A stretch of 64,000 nt of DNA, from NCBI GenBank assembly GCA_050942625.1, contig JBMNNS010000001.1, positions 8,891 to 72,890 of the forward strand. The letters run 5' to 3'. Below are positions 37,967 through 47,923 of the stretch, in pieces (within the stretch, counting starts at the first letter, position 1; every line of letters starts with the position of its first letter). Source of the DNA: Dethiobacteria bacterium (GTDB taxonomy: Bacteria > Bacillota > Dethiobacteria > DTU022 > UBA8154). The translations under genes were made by a program, and so were the position numbers. The notes below the pieces were generated by a model. That model worked only from the letters and a program-made list of their open reading frames with translations. It did no database searches and was not told where the DNA came from.

Positions 37967-38914
37967 TCACCCTACCATTCCTAGTACGGAAAAACAAAAA
38001 CCAAGGGCCCAAAACCCTACCACTATACGCCATTCAGAATATCCCTTCATTTCAAAATGGTGGTGCAGGGGGCTCATAAGAAAAAGCCTTTTTCCGGTAA
38101 GCCGAAATGAAATAACCTGCAAAATGACAGAAATAGTTTCCAGAACAAATATTCCTCCAATAACAACGATCAAAAATTCCGACTTGGTCAATATAGCTAC
38201 AACCGCCAAAGCCGTGCCCAGCGAAAGCGAGCCCACATCACCCATAAATACCCTGGCGGGGTGCAAATTATAGATCAGAAAACCAAAACAGGCCCCAACA
38301 AGAATGCCACAAAAATAAACCAGTTCCTCCAAACCCTGCCAGGAAGCTAAAAACAGCAGGGCCAGCAGCGCCAAAATAGCAGACCCTCCTGCCAAACCAT
38401 CAATACCGTCCGTTAGGTTTACTCCATTTGAAAATCCACTGACAATAATAAAAATAAGCAGGGGATAAAAGTAGCCAAAATCAATTTCCAACGAAGAAAA
38501 GGGCACACGGACTAATGTTGAATGTCCATATCTTAAGAGAAAAAAATAAATTATCAGGGCAATAGCCAGTTGACCCAGTAACTTATGTCTGGCCTTCAGC
38601 CCTAAAGAACGTCGGTTCACAACCTTTTGATAGTCATCCAAAAATCCCAGCAAGGCACTGACTAAAGTCATCGATAACGCCAGGATAAAAAGAGGGGTTT
38701 TAGGTGCAAAAAAAATTGATGTCAAAACCAGGGAGGCAAGAAAAACCAGCCCCCCCATGGTAGGAGTACCGGCTTTTTTTAGATGCCTCCTGGGCCCATC
38801 CTCCCTGATCTGCTGCCCGTACCGCTGCCGGCGATTAAAGTAAATATAAAAAGGACAGATGATCAGGCTAAGGAAAAAAGACACCATTGCCGCAAGATAT
38901 ACTGATAAAGACAA
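37967..38914 (-). CDS. mraY: Phospho-N-acetylmuramoyl-pentapeptide-transferase
   Basis: It is 315 aa and polytopic. 'GTPTMGGL' and 'NLTDGIDGLAGG' are MraY motifs. Confidence 0.95.
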   Translation of the reverse strand: MSLSVYLAAMVSFFLSLIICPFYIYFNRRQRYGQQIREDGPRRHLKKAGTPTMGGLVFLASLVLTSIFFAPKTPLFILALSMTLVSALLGFLDDYQKVVNRRSLGLKARHKLLGQLAIALIIYFFLLRYGHSTLVRVPFSSLEIDFGYFYPLLIFIIVSGFSNGVNLTDGIDGLAGGSAILALLALLFLASWQGLEELVYFCGILVGACFGFLIYNLHPARVFMGDVGSLSLGTALAVVAILTKSEFLIVVIGGIFVLETISVILQVISFRLTGKRLFLMSPLHHHFEMKGYSEWRIVVGFWALGFCFSVLGMVG

Positions 38915-38967
38915 AATAGACCCCCCCTTTTTTGCAGCTAACTGTCATGCACTGGCAAGGCAGCGAA

Positions 38968-40386
38968 CTAATTATACTTTGCCAGAAGCTTTTCTACAAT
39001 GCCCTCCATATACATTCCCCGGGAACCTTTTACAAGAATAAAAGAGTCATGCAGATCTTGCTGCCCAAGGAATTTGATGGCTTCTGTTTGGTTATTTGCA
39101 ATAAATATATTGTCAGAAAAAAAACCTGCACTCCTTGCTCCTTCTGCAATTAATGCTGCCAACCGACCTACTGTAATAAGGCAATCAATTTTATCTACCA
39201 GGTATGCCCCTATTTCTAGATGCCTTTCTTCTTCCAGGGAGCCCAGTTCCAACATATCACCAAGAATAGCAATTTTTTTATTGGAACCAGCGAATTTTTT
39301 TAATGACTGGAGGGCAAATTTCATAGAGTCAGGATTGGCGTTATAGGCATCGTTAACAATGTAGAATCCGCTTTTTAAAGAAATCTTTTTCAACCTCATT
39401 GCAGAAAAGTCTGCCTTTAAAAGACCTTTTTTTATTTGTGCAGGTGTCAACATACAATGCCAGCCGGCGGCAATGGCTGCCAGGGCATTGTAAAGGTGAT
39501 GTTTTCCCGGAAAAGGAATCCAAAAATTTTCTGTGCTACCATCAGGAAGGAGGGTCTCAAAACTTGTACCCTCTCCATTTGACGAGTAATTTATCACCCT
39601 GAAGTGACTGTTTTTTGTGAAACCATAATAAAATACCTGTCCCTTAAATTCCCCCCCCAAATGCAATAACAGAGGATCATCGCCGTTTAATAAAGCTGTA
39701 GCCCCGGAGCCCATCTCCAAAAGCAGTTCCCCTTTCGCTTTTGCTATGTTTTCCTTGCTTCCTAATAGCCCTATGTGAGCCTCTCCTATATTAGTTATTA
39801 CACCTATGGAGGGCCGGCTCAGCATGGTAAGAAAAGCAATTTCACCTCTACCACTCATACCCAGCTCTAGCACTGCAGCCTCATGTCCTTTTCTCAGGCA
39901 CAAAAGGGTCAAAGGAAGACCCAAATGGTTATTGAAGTTACCTTCTGTTTTTAGGGTTTTATACTTGGAGGATAATACGGAGGCAATAAAATCTTTGGTT
40001 GTGGTTTTCCCGCTACTGCCTGTCACTGCTATAAAAGGGATCTCAAACTTATTGCGATGGTAAGAAGCTAATTTTTGCAAGGATTGCTGGCTATCTTTAA
40101 CGATGATTATACATTTTCCAGGAGGAAAAATCCCCTGGGAAAACTGTCCTTTTTGAGCACTTTCTAATAAGGAACCCCTAGCCCCCCGTTGGAGTGCCCC
40201 TAGAATATAGCTATGCCCATCCTCCTTCGCCCCCCTCAGGGGAAAGAACAGATCGCCCTCCTTTATTTCCCGGGAGTCAATACTCACCCCTTCAAATACA
40301 GCATCCACTTCCCCAAGCCAGAGACTGCCTCCTGTTACCTTTAACACTTCATCTGCAGTAAATAACATGTTTTCCCCTTTTAACAT
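38968..40386 (-). CDS. murF: UDP-N-acetylmuramoyl-tripeptide--D-alanyl-D-alanine ligase
   Basis: 'IAVTGSSGKTTTKDF' is a Mur ligase P-loop. It is 472 aa. The start may be the ATG at 40368. Confidence 0.92.
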   Translation of the reverse strand: MLKGENMLFTADEVLKVTGGSLWLGEVDAVFEGVSIDSREIKEGDLFFPLRGAKEDGHSYILGALQRGARGSLLESAQKGQFSQGIFPPGKCIIIVKDSQQSLQKLASYHRNKFEIPFIAVTGSSGKTTTKDFIASVLSSKYKTLKTEGNFNNHLGLPLTLLCLRKGHEAAVLELGMSGRGEIAFLTMLSRPSIGVITNIGEAHIGLLGSKENIAKAKGELLLEMGSGATALLNGDDPLLLHLGGEFKGQVFYYGFTKNSHFRVINYSSNGEGTSFETLLPDGSTENFWIPFPGKHHLYNALAAIAAGWHCMLTPAQIKKGLLKADFSAMRLKKISLKSGFYIVNDAYNANPDSMKFALQSLKKFAGSNKKIAILGDMLELGSLEEERHLEIGAYLVDKIDCLITVGRLAALIAEGARSAGFFSDNIFIANNQTEAIKFLGQQDLHDSFILVKGSRGMYMEGIVEKLLAKYN

Positions 40387-41888
40387 TGATTAATCAATCT
40401 TTTATTAATTATCTCGGAAGCAACCACCCTGTCATCAAAAGGAATGATATAGTCGCTGAATATCTGGTAATTTTCATGCCCTTTTCCGGCAATAATCACC
40501 ATATCACCGGGCCTTGCCAACTCTATTCCCAGCTTAATAGCTTCATAACGATCCGCCTGAATAATATAACCACTTCCAAAGCTTTTACCCTCCTGCAGAC
40601 CAGCTTCTACCTCCTTAATGATCTGCCAGGGATCCTCACCTCTGGGGTTGTCGGTGGTAAGAATACAATAATCGCTGTATTGGCTTGCAACACGTCCCAT
40701 TAGAAACCTTTTGGATCTGTCACGCTCACCACCGCAGCCAAAAATGGTAATCAATTTACCACGCACAATTTTTGCAGCTGTTTGTAAAACATTTTCCAAC
40801 CCATCAGGGGTGTGAGCATAGTCAACAATAACGGAAAAATTCTGTCCCAGGTCGATCCGTTCAAATCTTCCCGGAACACCAGTGACCCTTTCCAGGCTTT
40901 CTTTGATCTTAGATAGGGGTATACCTTCCAAAAGGGCAACCGCAGTAGCAGCTAAAGCATTATAAACGCTAAAATAGCCGGCTAATTTTAAATCAAATTC
41001 CTCTTTGCCCCAGGGGGTACTCAACTCGTAACAGACACCCTCTTCTTTTACAATAACGTTACCTGCTTTTATTTCGGCAGGTTCCTCCAGGCCATAAGAA
41101 ATAGTTTGAACAGTTGCTTGCCGGTAGAAATAACTGTAATGGGGATCATCACAATTTAGAACAGCATAACGAGGGGCTGTGCCTTTCAAGCAACTGCCTC
41201 CTAGCTGCGAAAAAAGTTTACCTTTGGAATTAAGATATTTTTCAAAAGTAAGATGAAAATCAAGATGATCTTCGGTTACATTTGTTAGTACCGCTATATC
41301 AAAGTCGCTACCTGCAACCCGGTTTAGCTCCAAAGCATGAGAAGAAACTTCTATAACAGCATACTCTATTCCTTTTTGAACCATATGATTAAACATTTTT
41401 TGTAAATCCGGGGCTTCGGGTGTAGTAGCCAGAACTGGAAATCTTTCCTGGCCAATTTTATATTTAATTGTTCCCAGAATTCCTGTTGTATGGTTTTGCG
41501 ATGCAAGGATGGTCTCAATAAGGTGGGCAGTAGTGGTTTTTCCATTTGTTCCCGTTATCCCAATGAGCCGAAGTTTTTGGGAGGGTGAATCATAAAAAAT
41601 TTCAGATAATACAGCCATAGCCACCCTGACGTCAGGAACCATAATCTTTACGGCACCCTTTACTTCTTTTTCCCTTTGTAACACCACTGCAATTGCTCCA
41701 GCAGCTACAGCCTGATCAATATACTCGTGCCCATCGCCCCTGACCCCCTCCAAGCAAAAGAAAATAAAGCCGGGTTGAACACGGTCCGAATGATAGGCCA
41801 AACCCCTGACAGGAATATCGGTTCGACCCTCTACTGTTTTAATGTGGAGAAACTTTAATAGTTCGTCTAATTGCTTAATTATTTCCAT
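40380..41888 (-). CDS. murE: UDP-N-acetylmuramoyl-L-alanyl-D-glutamate--2,6-diaminopimelate ligase
   Basis: 'IGITGTNGKTTTAHL' and the 'DNPR' motif are consistent with meso-DAP specificity. It is 502 aa. Confidence 0.92.
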   Translation of the reverse strand: MEIIKQLDELLKFLHIKTVEGRTDIPVRGLAYHSDRVQPGFIFFCLEGVRGDGHEYIDQAVAAGAIAVVLQREKEVKGAVKIMVPDVRVAMAVLSEIFYDSPSQKLRLIGITGTNGKTTTAHLIETILASQNHTTGILGTIKYKIGQERFPVLATTPEAPDLQKMFNHMVQKGIEYAVIEVSSHALELNRVAGSDFDIAVLTNVTEDHLDFHLTFEKYLNSKGKLFSQLGGSCLKGTAPRYAVLNCDDPHYSYFYRQATVQTISYGLEEPAEIKAGNVIVKEEGVCYELSTPWGKEEFDLKLAGYFSVYNALAATAVALLEGIPLSKIKESLERVTGVPGRFERIDLGQNFSVIVDYAHTPDGLENVLQTAAKIVRGKLITIFGCGGERDRSKRFLMGRVASQYSDYCILTTDNPRGEDPWQIIKEVEAGLQEGKSFGSGYIIQADRYEAIKLGIELARPGDMVIIAGKGHENYQIFSDYIIPFDDRVVASEIINKRLINQC

Positions 41889-41987
41889 CAGAAGCTTCTC
41901 CCCCTCTCAAATATGATTAAATTACATTAATTTAGATCCTCAGGTTCTCCTTTTAGGGTTTCATTATAACCTAATATACCTTATAAA

Positions 41988-44093
41988 TTAGTGAAGTGGA
42001 GGTGAAAAATTAACCTTTACAACCGTATTTTTACTTACTGGGGTCCCAGCTGAAGGCTCCTGTTCAAAAGCAATACCTGTTCCTGTTGCCTCCAGTTGTA
42101 ATCCCAGGCGTGCCAGTATTTCACCAGCTTCTTTTATAGTCATCCCTTGCAGAGCAGGAATCAAAATCTTTTCGGGTTCTTCTTCAGGCCACAAATCTTC
42201 AAGGTAGACAATTATGTTTGTATGCATGGGGATTTTGGCTCCTGCTTTTGGTGTTTGGTCAACAATCACTCCTTCACTACCTACCACTTTAACTTTTAGA
42301 CCTTTAGTGTCAAGCAAAGCTCCTATTTCATCAACGGTTAAACCTTTTAACTGCGGCACTTCCAGAAGACTAATTTCCCCCTCATCGAGGGCTTTCGCCG
42401 GTGCAATTTCCAGGTAAGAAAGTACATCCTGCATTATATCACGGAAAAGTGGAGCGCTTACTTGGGAACCCCATTGTGGCCCTCTTTTTACACCGTCTAC
42501 AGCAATATAAAGAAGGATCTGTGGATCCTCTACCGGTGCAAAACCAATAAATGAAAGGATATACTTACCACCTACATAAAAACCATCGGGGCCAACCTTT
42601 TGGGCTGTACCTGTTTTACCAGCTATACGATAGCCTTCTATAATAGCGTTAGATCCACTGCCTTCTTCCACGACTTTTTCCATAATGGAAATAATCCTCT
42701 TGGAAGTATCGTTTGATATTACCTGTCTTATTATTTCAGGTTCCCTTTTTTCAATTGTTTGATGTTCAGAGTCTGTGATTTCCTTAACAATGTAGGGACG
42801 CATCAAATAACCACCGTTAGCTATTGCAGAAACAGCCATAACTTGTTGTAAGGGGGTAACAGAAACCCCCTGCCCAAATGAGGTAGTAGCCAATTCAAGT
42901 GGGCCTACCTGCTCAGGGCTGAAAATCAAACCCGTTCCTTCACCGGGATAGTCAATCCCGGTTCTAGTTCCAAAACCAAAGGCGCGGATATATTCAAACA
43001 ATTTTTGAACACCTAATTTTTCCCCCAGATTCATAAAGGCAGGGTTGCAGGAAGAAAGCACTGCTTCTAAAAAATTGATGGAACCATGCCCCCCCTGGCC
43101 TGAAGTCCAACATCTAACAGTTTGGCCGGCTACTACAGAAGCTCCACTGCAAAAAAATGGGTCCGTTTCACAATATAAATTTTCTTCAATTGCTGCTGCA
43201 AGCGTGATAAGCTTAAAAGTTGAACCAGGCTCAAAAGTGTCAGTAACAGGAAACAACCTCCAGAACTCCTTATTATAATCGCTATAATTATTGGGATTAA
43301 AGTCAGGTTTTGAAGATGCTGCTAAAACTTCTCCCGTTTTGGGATTAACGGCTATGGCCTGAATCCTTTCAGGCTCATACTCCAGCATAGCTTTAGCCAA
43401 CTCACGTTCAACAATAAACTGAATGGTTTCGTCAATTGTTAAAACAAGGTTTTTCCCTTCCTTGGGGGGAATTAAACGGCGAACACCCGGCACTTCCCGA
43501 CCAAGGTTATCCGTAGGAAAAACAAAATTGCCATCCCGGCCTTTTAATATATCTTCATAATAGATTTCTAACCCTCCCCAACCCTGATCCATACCTACAA
43601 AGCCTAAAAGCTGGGACAGAAGGGTTCCATTGGGGTATACTCTTTTTGTTTCTTGTGCAAAGTTGATCCCCGGCAGGTTTAAAAGTCTTATTTCTTTTGC
43701 AACTTCATCTTCAACTTTTCTTTTTAAATAAACTGCCGCCCGTTGTTGTGTAACAAGCTCATAGAGTTCTTCCTCACTCATTTCCAATATTGGTGCCAAA
43801 GCTTTAGCTGTAAGATGGGGATCCTCGATTTGTGGTGGTATGGCTACAACAGTTTCTACGGTAGCACTGCTCGCAAGCAGCTTGCCATTACGATCAAAGA
43901 TATCACCTCTTGACGATCTTGCCGGTATGCTACGGTTCCATTGCTCCCAGGCTTTTTGTTGCAATTCCTCGGCCATGACGAGTTGTATCCAACCCAGCCT
44001 GACAATTAAGCCCAGGATTAATACTGTTGTTAGCAGAAAAATAATTAGCAGTCTTTTTCGCATGAATAAATTGGAGGCAACATCCCTGGCCAT
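41988..44093 (-). CDS. Class B penicillin-binding protein (FtsI/SpoVD/PBP2B-like) with C-terminal PASTA domains
   Basis: It is 701 aa with an N-terminal transmembrane segment, a dimerisation domain, and a transpeptidase domain carrying 'STFK', 'SSCN' and 'KTGT'. Two C-terminal PASTA-like repeats are present. Confidence 0.9.
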   Translation of the reverse strand: MARDVASNLFMRKRLLIIFLLTTVLILGLIVRLGWIQLVMAEELQQKAWEQWNRSIPARSSRGDIFDRNGKLLASSATVETVVAIPPQIEDPHLTAKALAPILEMSEEELYELVTQQRAAVYLKRKVEDEVAKEIRLLNLPGINFAQETKRVYPNGTLLSQLLGFVGMDQGWGGLEIYYEDILKGRDGNFVFPTDNLGREVPGVRRLIPPKEGKNLVLTIDETIQFIVERELAKAMLEYEPERIQAIAVNPKTGEVLAASSKPDFNPNNYSDYNKEFWRLFPVTDTFEPGSTFKLITLAAAIEENLYCETDPFFCSGASVVAGQTVRCWTSGQGGHGSINFLEAVLSSCNPAFMNLGEKLGVQKLFEYIRAFGFGTRTGIDYPGEGTGLIFSPEQVGPLELATTSFGQGVSVTPLQQVMAVSAIANGGYLMRPYIVKEITDSEHQTIEKREPEIIRQVISNDTSKRIISIMEKVVEEGSGSNAIIEGYRIAGKTGTAQKVGPDGFYVGGKYILSFIGFAPVEDPQILLYIAVDGVKRGPQWGSQVSAPLFRDIMQDVLSYLEIAPAKALDEGEISLLEVPQLKGLTVDEIGALLDTKGLKVKVVGSEGVIVDQTPKAGAKIPMHTNIIVYLEDLWPEEEPEKILIPALQGMTIKEAGEILARLGLQLEATGTGIAFEQEPSAGTPVSKNTVVKVNFSPPLH

Positions 44094-44129
44094 CTTTTCC
44101 CCTCTTCCTGGCGCCGCAATCTAAACATT

Positions 44130-44540
44130 TTAATCCCCCCTTGCGGAGATAAACAACCACTGTTTTTCTTCGGGATACTGTAGCCCAAGGTCATTTTTAG
44201 CTATTTCCTCAATCCTTTCCAGGGAACTGAGACGTTTAACTTCGATAAGTAAATGTTCCTGTTCTTCTCTCAATTGTGAAATTTCCCTGCTAACGCGATG
44301 TATTTTGTAGTTAACAGCAAGAACACGGCTATATTGACTGATTAGGCTTACACCAATGATAATTAGACAAAGAATGAGGCCACAAAACAAAAAACCTTCC
44401 CTGTAACCAGTTTTTTGCTGTTTCCTTTTTGAGGATAAATTTAGTTCCCCCACTGGTTGAGTTGCATGCTGGTTTTTAAGTGCATAATTTTGATAAACAA
44501 TTTGTTTTGGCTTTTCTCTTGCTACTATCAACCTATTCAC
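44130..44540 (-). CDS. ftsL: Cell division protein FtsL (septum formation initiator)
   Basis: It is 136 aa with a single transmembrane segment and a coiled coil. It lies between rsmH and the PBP gene. Confidence 0.8.
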   Translation of the reverse strand: MNRLIVAREKPKQIVYQNYALKNQHATQPVGELNLSSKRKQQKTGYREGFLFCGLILCLIIIGVSLISQYSRVLAVNYKIHRVSREISQLREEQEHLLIEVKRLSSLERIEEIAKNDLGLQYPEEKQWLFISARGD

Positions 44541-45532
44541 CTGCCATTCTTCTTAGAACTATTTGGCAAGGGCAGTTTTTTTGCTGCTCTTAGCCTGGCA
44601 CTTTTAGCCCTTGAATTCATATTAATTTCTTTTTTGGTTGGGACAAGGGGTTTGGGTGTGAGAACTTGGAGGACAGGTAATCTTCCGCAACTACAAACAG
44701 GTAGTTTGGGAGGGCAAATACATCCCTGGGAATATTCATTGAAATATTGTTTTACAATTACATCCTCCAGAGAATGATAAGAAATAACTACTACCCTTCC
44801 CCCATGGTGGAGAATATCAATTCCGCTATGTAAACCTTTTTTAATATTTTCAAGTTCATTGTTTACGGCAATACGTAAGGCTTGAAAAACGCGTTTGGCA
44901 GGATGTCCCCTTCGTCGTTTGGCAGCCGGGACTGCTGCCCTTATAAGATCAACAAGCTGGCTGCTTCGGGTAAAAAGCCCCTCCCGCTCACGATGCTGGA
45001 TGATGAAAGAGGCAATTCTTTTGGCCCATCTTTCTTCGCCATATTCCCAAAAAATTTTAGCAAGCTGCTGCAGGGATAAGTTATTTAAAAGATCAGCAGC
45101 AGTTTGGGGTAAATCCCGATCCATACGCATGTCTAGAAATACATCTTCCCTGTAAGCAAAACCCCGTTTTTCGCTATCCAGTTGAAAAGAGGAGACCCCA
45201 AGATCAAAAAGTAGGCCGTCCACACCTTCCAAACTAAGTCCATGAACAACTTCCTTTAGGGAGCTAAAATTGGCCTTCACAGGTATAAAAGAATCCTCAT
45301 ATGCAGCAAGCCTTTTTTTAGCTTCATTAAGGGCCTCCTGATCACAATCTATGCCTATTAACTTTCCGCCGGGCAGGATCCTGCTTAAAATTTCTTCTGC
45401 GTGTCCACCCCCCCCAAGGGTTGCATCCACAATTATTTTCCCGGGAGCAGGCTGTAAAAAGCTGAGGGTTTCCTGGAGCATGACAGGTTTATGAAAATAT
45501 GGGGTTACTTCTTCTTTTTCTGTTTGAACCAT
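44537..45532 (-). CDS. rsmH: 16S rRNA (cytosine1402-N4)-methyltransferase RsmH (MraW)
   Basis: 'YFHKPVMLQETLSFL...IVDATLGGGGHAEEIL' is the RsmH signature. It is 331 aa. Confidence 0.93.
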   Translation of the reverse strand: MVQTEKEEVTPYFHKPVMLQETLSFLQPAPGKIIVDATLGGGGHAEEILSRILPGGKLIGIDCDQEALNEAKKRLAAYEDSFIPVKANFSSLKEVVHGLSLEGVDGLLFDLGVSSFQLDSEKRGFAYREDVFLDMRMDRDLPQTAADLLNNLSLQQLAKIFWEYGEERWAKRIASFIIQHREREGLFTRSSQLVDLIRAAVPAAKRRRGHPAKRVFQALRIAVNNELENIKKGLHSGIDILHHGGRVVVISYHSLEDVIVKQYFNEYSQGCICPPKLPVCSCGRLPVLQVLTPKPLVPTKKEINMNSRAKSARLRAAKKLPLPNSSKKNGR

Positions 45533-45565
45533 TTTATTTTGGTATACACCATCCCATACCTTGCC

Positions 45566-45997
45566 TTATAATTCAAAATCCACCATTTTTTCCGCAACCA
45601 GTTCAAAGGACAGGTTTGACTTGTTACTATATTCTTCCCATTTCTCCTTGCTCCAAATCTCTGCTCTGGTGGAAACTCCTAAAAAGACCAACTCTTTTTT
45701 TAGCTCTGCATGTTCCCTTAGCGGAGGGGGAATTAACACCCGGCCCTGTTTGTCGATTTCTAATTCTGAAGCACCTGAAAAAAACATCCTCATAAAGGCT
45801 CTTGCTTCTGCTTTGGTAAATGGCAGGCTCTTTAATTTGTTTTCCAGGGATAACCACTCCTCCATGGGGTAAAGAAAAAGGCAATTGTCCAGGCCACGGG
45901 TAATAATAAAATTATCACCCAGCCCCTCACGCAGTCGCGCTGGTACAATTACCCGTCCTTTATTGTCCAATGTATGGTAATATTCCCCCATTAACAT
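45566..45997 (-). CDS. mraZ: Transcriptional regulator MraZ
   Basis: '[22 protein letters not shown]' is the MraZ N-terminus. The start is trimmed to the ATG that matches the MFMGEY consensus. Confidence 0.9.
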   Translation of the reverse strand: MLMGEYYHTLDNKGRVIVPARLREGLGDNFIITRGLDNCLFLYPMEEWLSLENKLKSLPFTKAEARAFMRMFFSGASELEIDKQGRVLIPPPLREHAELKKELVFLGVSTRAEIWSKEKWEEYSNKSNLSFELVAEKMVDFEL

Positions 45998-46185
45998 GAA
46001 GAGACCCACCTAGTAATAAAAAATCATCCCTTCCAACCACTTTCCCCCACATTTAACCACTTGAAATAGTATTCTCCTTCCATTTTTAAATTCCTGCCCC
46101 TGGAAATAGTTTAAATTTTTAAAATATCTGTTTCCAATTTTTAAGGTAAGATCATAACTATTAAAAAATGCTCATGTTTGCGTTG

Positions 46186-46232
46186 TCGAAAAATTATTAA
46201 GGGGAGAAACCACTACAATGGTTTCTCCCCTT
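46186..46232 (-). terminator. Rho-independent terminator downstream of mgtE
   Basis: The sequence is aaggggagaaacca-ctaca-atggtttctcccctt, a 14-bp stem. On the minus strand it is followed by aauaauuuuucg. Confidence 0.65.
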
Positions 46233-46298
46233 AATATCGCCTGGGATTACTATTAAATTACCTGCATATTCCCCAACCCTTGTCCACTTCCCGCCTTT

Positions 46299-47615
46299 TT
46301 AAACAATATAAGGTAAGAATAAAGAGGCAATCCAAAAATAAATTAGCAGTCCTGTAACATCCTTGATAGTTGTGACAATAGGGCCCGAACTAAGAGCAGG
46401 ATCAAAGCCATAATGGTTAAAAAAGATAGGCACCAACGTCCCTATAAGGGCAGCAATGGTAATCGTAGTAAACATGGACACCCCCACTGCCAGACCAAGC
46501 AAAGGTATACCCTTCCAGACCGAAGCAGCTATTGCGATTAAAACCCCGTTGATTATCCCCATGCTCAGGCCTACCTTTACCTCCCGTAGAAAGTACCGCC
46601 AGATATCCTTATTCCTGATTTCCTCTGTTGCCAGGCCACGAACGAAAAGAGTTGATGACTGGGTAGCTACATTGCCGCCCATATCCATAATTACCGGTAT
46701 AAAAATTGCGAATGTTACTACTGAACGCAGTGTGTTTTCAAAAGATCCAATCACGCTCCCGGATAAAATTCCACCCAGAAGGCAAATTACCAGCCACGGC
46801 AGCCTTTTGCGTGCCAGGCTAAAGATAGAGGCATCAAATAAATCCCCTTCAACCTCCCCGGTTCCAGCTAAACGGTAAATATCCTCCGTTGCTTCTTCTT
46901 CCATAACATCGAGTATATCATCTACGGTAATAATCCCCAGCAATCGTTGTTCTTCATCGATGACTGGTATTGCAAATAAGTCATAACGTGATACAACCCT
47001 GGCTACCTCTTCCTGGTCCATATCGGAAGGGACACTAATAACGTTGCGGATCATGATCTCTTTGAGTAGCGTTCCATCCTCCGCAGCAATCAAGTCCCTT
47101 AGAGAAAGAACACCGCTCAGCCTGGTTTCCGCATCAACAACATAAACATAATAGATAATTTCTGCCTCAGGGGCTATCTCCCGCAAACGCTGGATAGCTT
47201 CCTCAACAGGAATGTACTCCGGAAGGGCAATAAAGTCAGTGGTCATGAGGCCGCCCGCTGTATCTTCCGGATATTTTAGAAGACCCCTTATTTCTTCGGC
47301 CTCTTCCTCAATAAGAGCAAGTAAGTCCCTGGCTTCCTCTGGAGAAAGCTCCCCCAGGAGATCCGCAGCATCGTCGATGGCCATTTCCTTGAGGATGGCT
47401 GAAGCACGGTGCTTGGTTAATAATCGCAAGAGAGAAACCTGGTCAAAGTCTTCCATCTCTTGTATAATCAGTGCTGCAGCTTCATCTGAAAGAAGTTCAA
47501 AGAGTTCTTTTTTTTGTTGATCTGTGAGTTCTTCAACAAGATCAGCCAGATCGCTGGGGTGAAAACCTTCTTTAACATGGCGTAATATTCTTTCAAGGGT
47601 TTGTTGGATGGACAA
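46299..47615 (-). CDS. mgtE: Magnesium transporter MgtE
   Basis: It is 438 aa with an MgtE N-domain, tandem CBS domains and a C-terminal 5-TM domain ('IMDMGGNVATQSSTL'). A TTG start follows the RBS GGGAGGGGG. Confidence 0.92.
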   Translation of the reverse strand: MSIQQTLERILRHVKEGFHPSDLADLVEELTDQQKKELFELLSDEAAALIIQEMEDFDQVSLLRLLTKHRASAILKEMAIDDAADLLGELSPEEARDLLALIEEEAEEIRGLLKYPEDTAGGLMTTDFIALPEYIPVEEAIQRLREIAPEAEIIYYVYVVDAETRLSGVLSLRDLIAAEDGTLLKEIMIRNVISVPSDMDQEEVARVVSRYDLFAIPVIDEEQRLLGIITVDDILDVMEEEATEDIYRLAGTGEVEGDLFDASIFSLARKRLPWLVICLLGGILSGSVIGSFENTLRSVVTFAIFIPVIMDMGGNVATQSSTLFVRGLATEEIRNKDIWRYFLREVKVGLSMGIINGVLIAIAASVWKGIPLLGLAVGVSMFTTITIAALIGTLVPIFFNHYGFDPALSSGPIVTTIKDVTGLLIYFWIASLFLPYIV

Positions 47616-47923
47616 CTTACCCGCCCCCTCCCAAAACTTACTGCCTAATTATAACAGATTAATTAAAGTCCATCAAAAAAAAAAATTAACCCCACCATGC
47701 CGTGGACCGAGGTTTTGAACTGCTCTTGCCTAAGGTGGGTGTCCTCTTACATGCTTTATAGGTCCCAGCGAAGGGCTTCTACGCCGCACATAAAGTCGGA
47801 CTCCCTCTTCGTAAATGTTAGCTCAAAACTTTAACGGTTTTGCACGCGCATAGTAGGGTACTTGCAATTAATTCTTAATATTATGATATCATAAACTTTT
47901 ACTAGATGCAAGCCAAAAATTTT
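47616..47923 (-). ncRNA. Structured 5' leader with intrinsic terminator upstream of mgtE; candidate Mg2+-sensing M-box (ykoK) riboswitch
   Basis: The aspS-mgtE gap is 308 nt. On the minus strand, guuuugagc pairs over a long range with guucaaaac around a domain of about 110 nt. Then comes a GC stem (cccacc...ggugggg) and UUAAUUUUUUUUUUU, which sit about 55 nt before the mgtE RBS. Confidence 0.4.

Noticed and set aside
47616-47923. tRNA or other small RNA gene in the aspS-mgtE spacer
   Set aside because: No cloverleaf with canonical acceptor or T-arm motifs could be drawn. The structure fits a leader and terminator better, and is reported as a riboswitch candidate instead.
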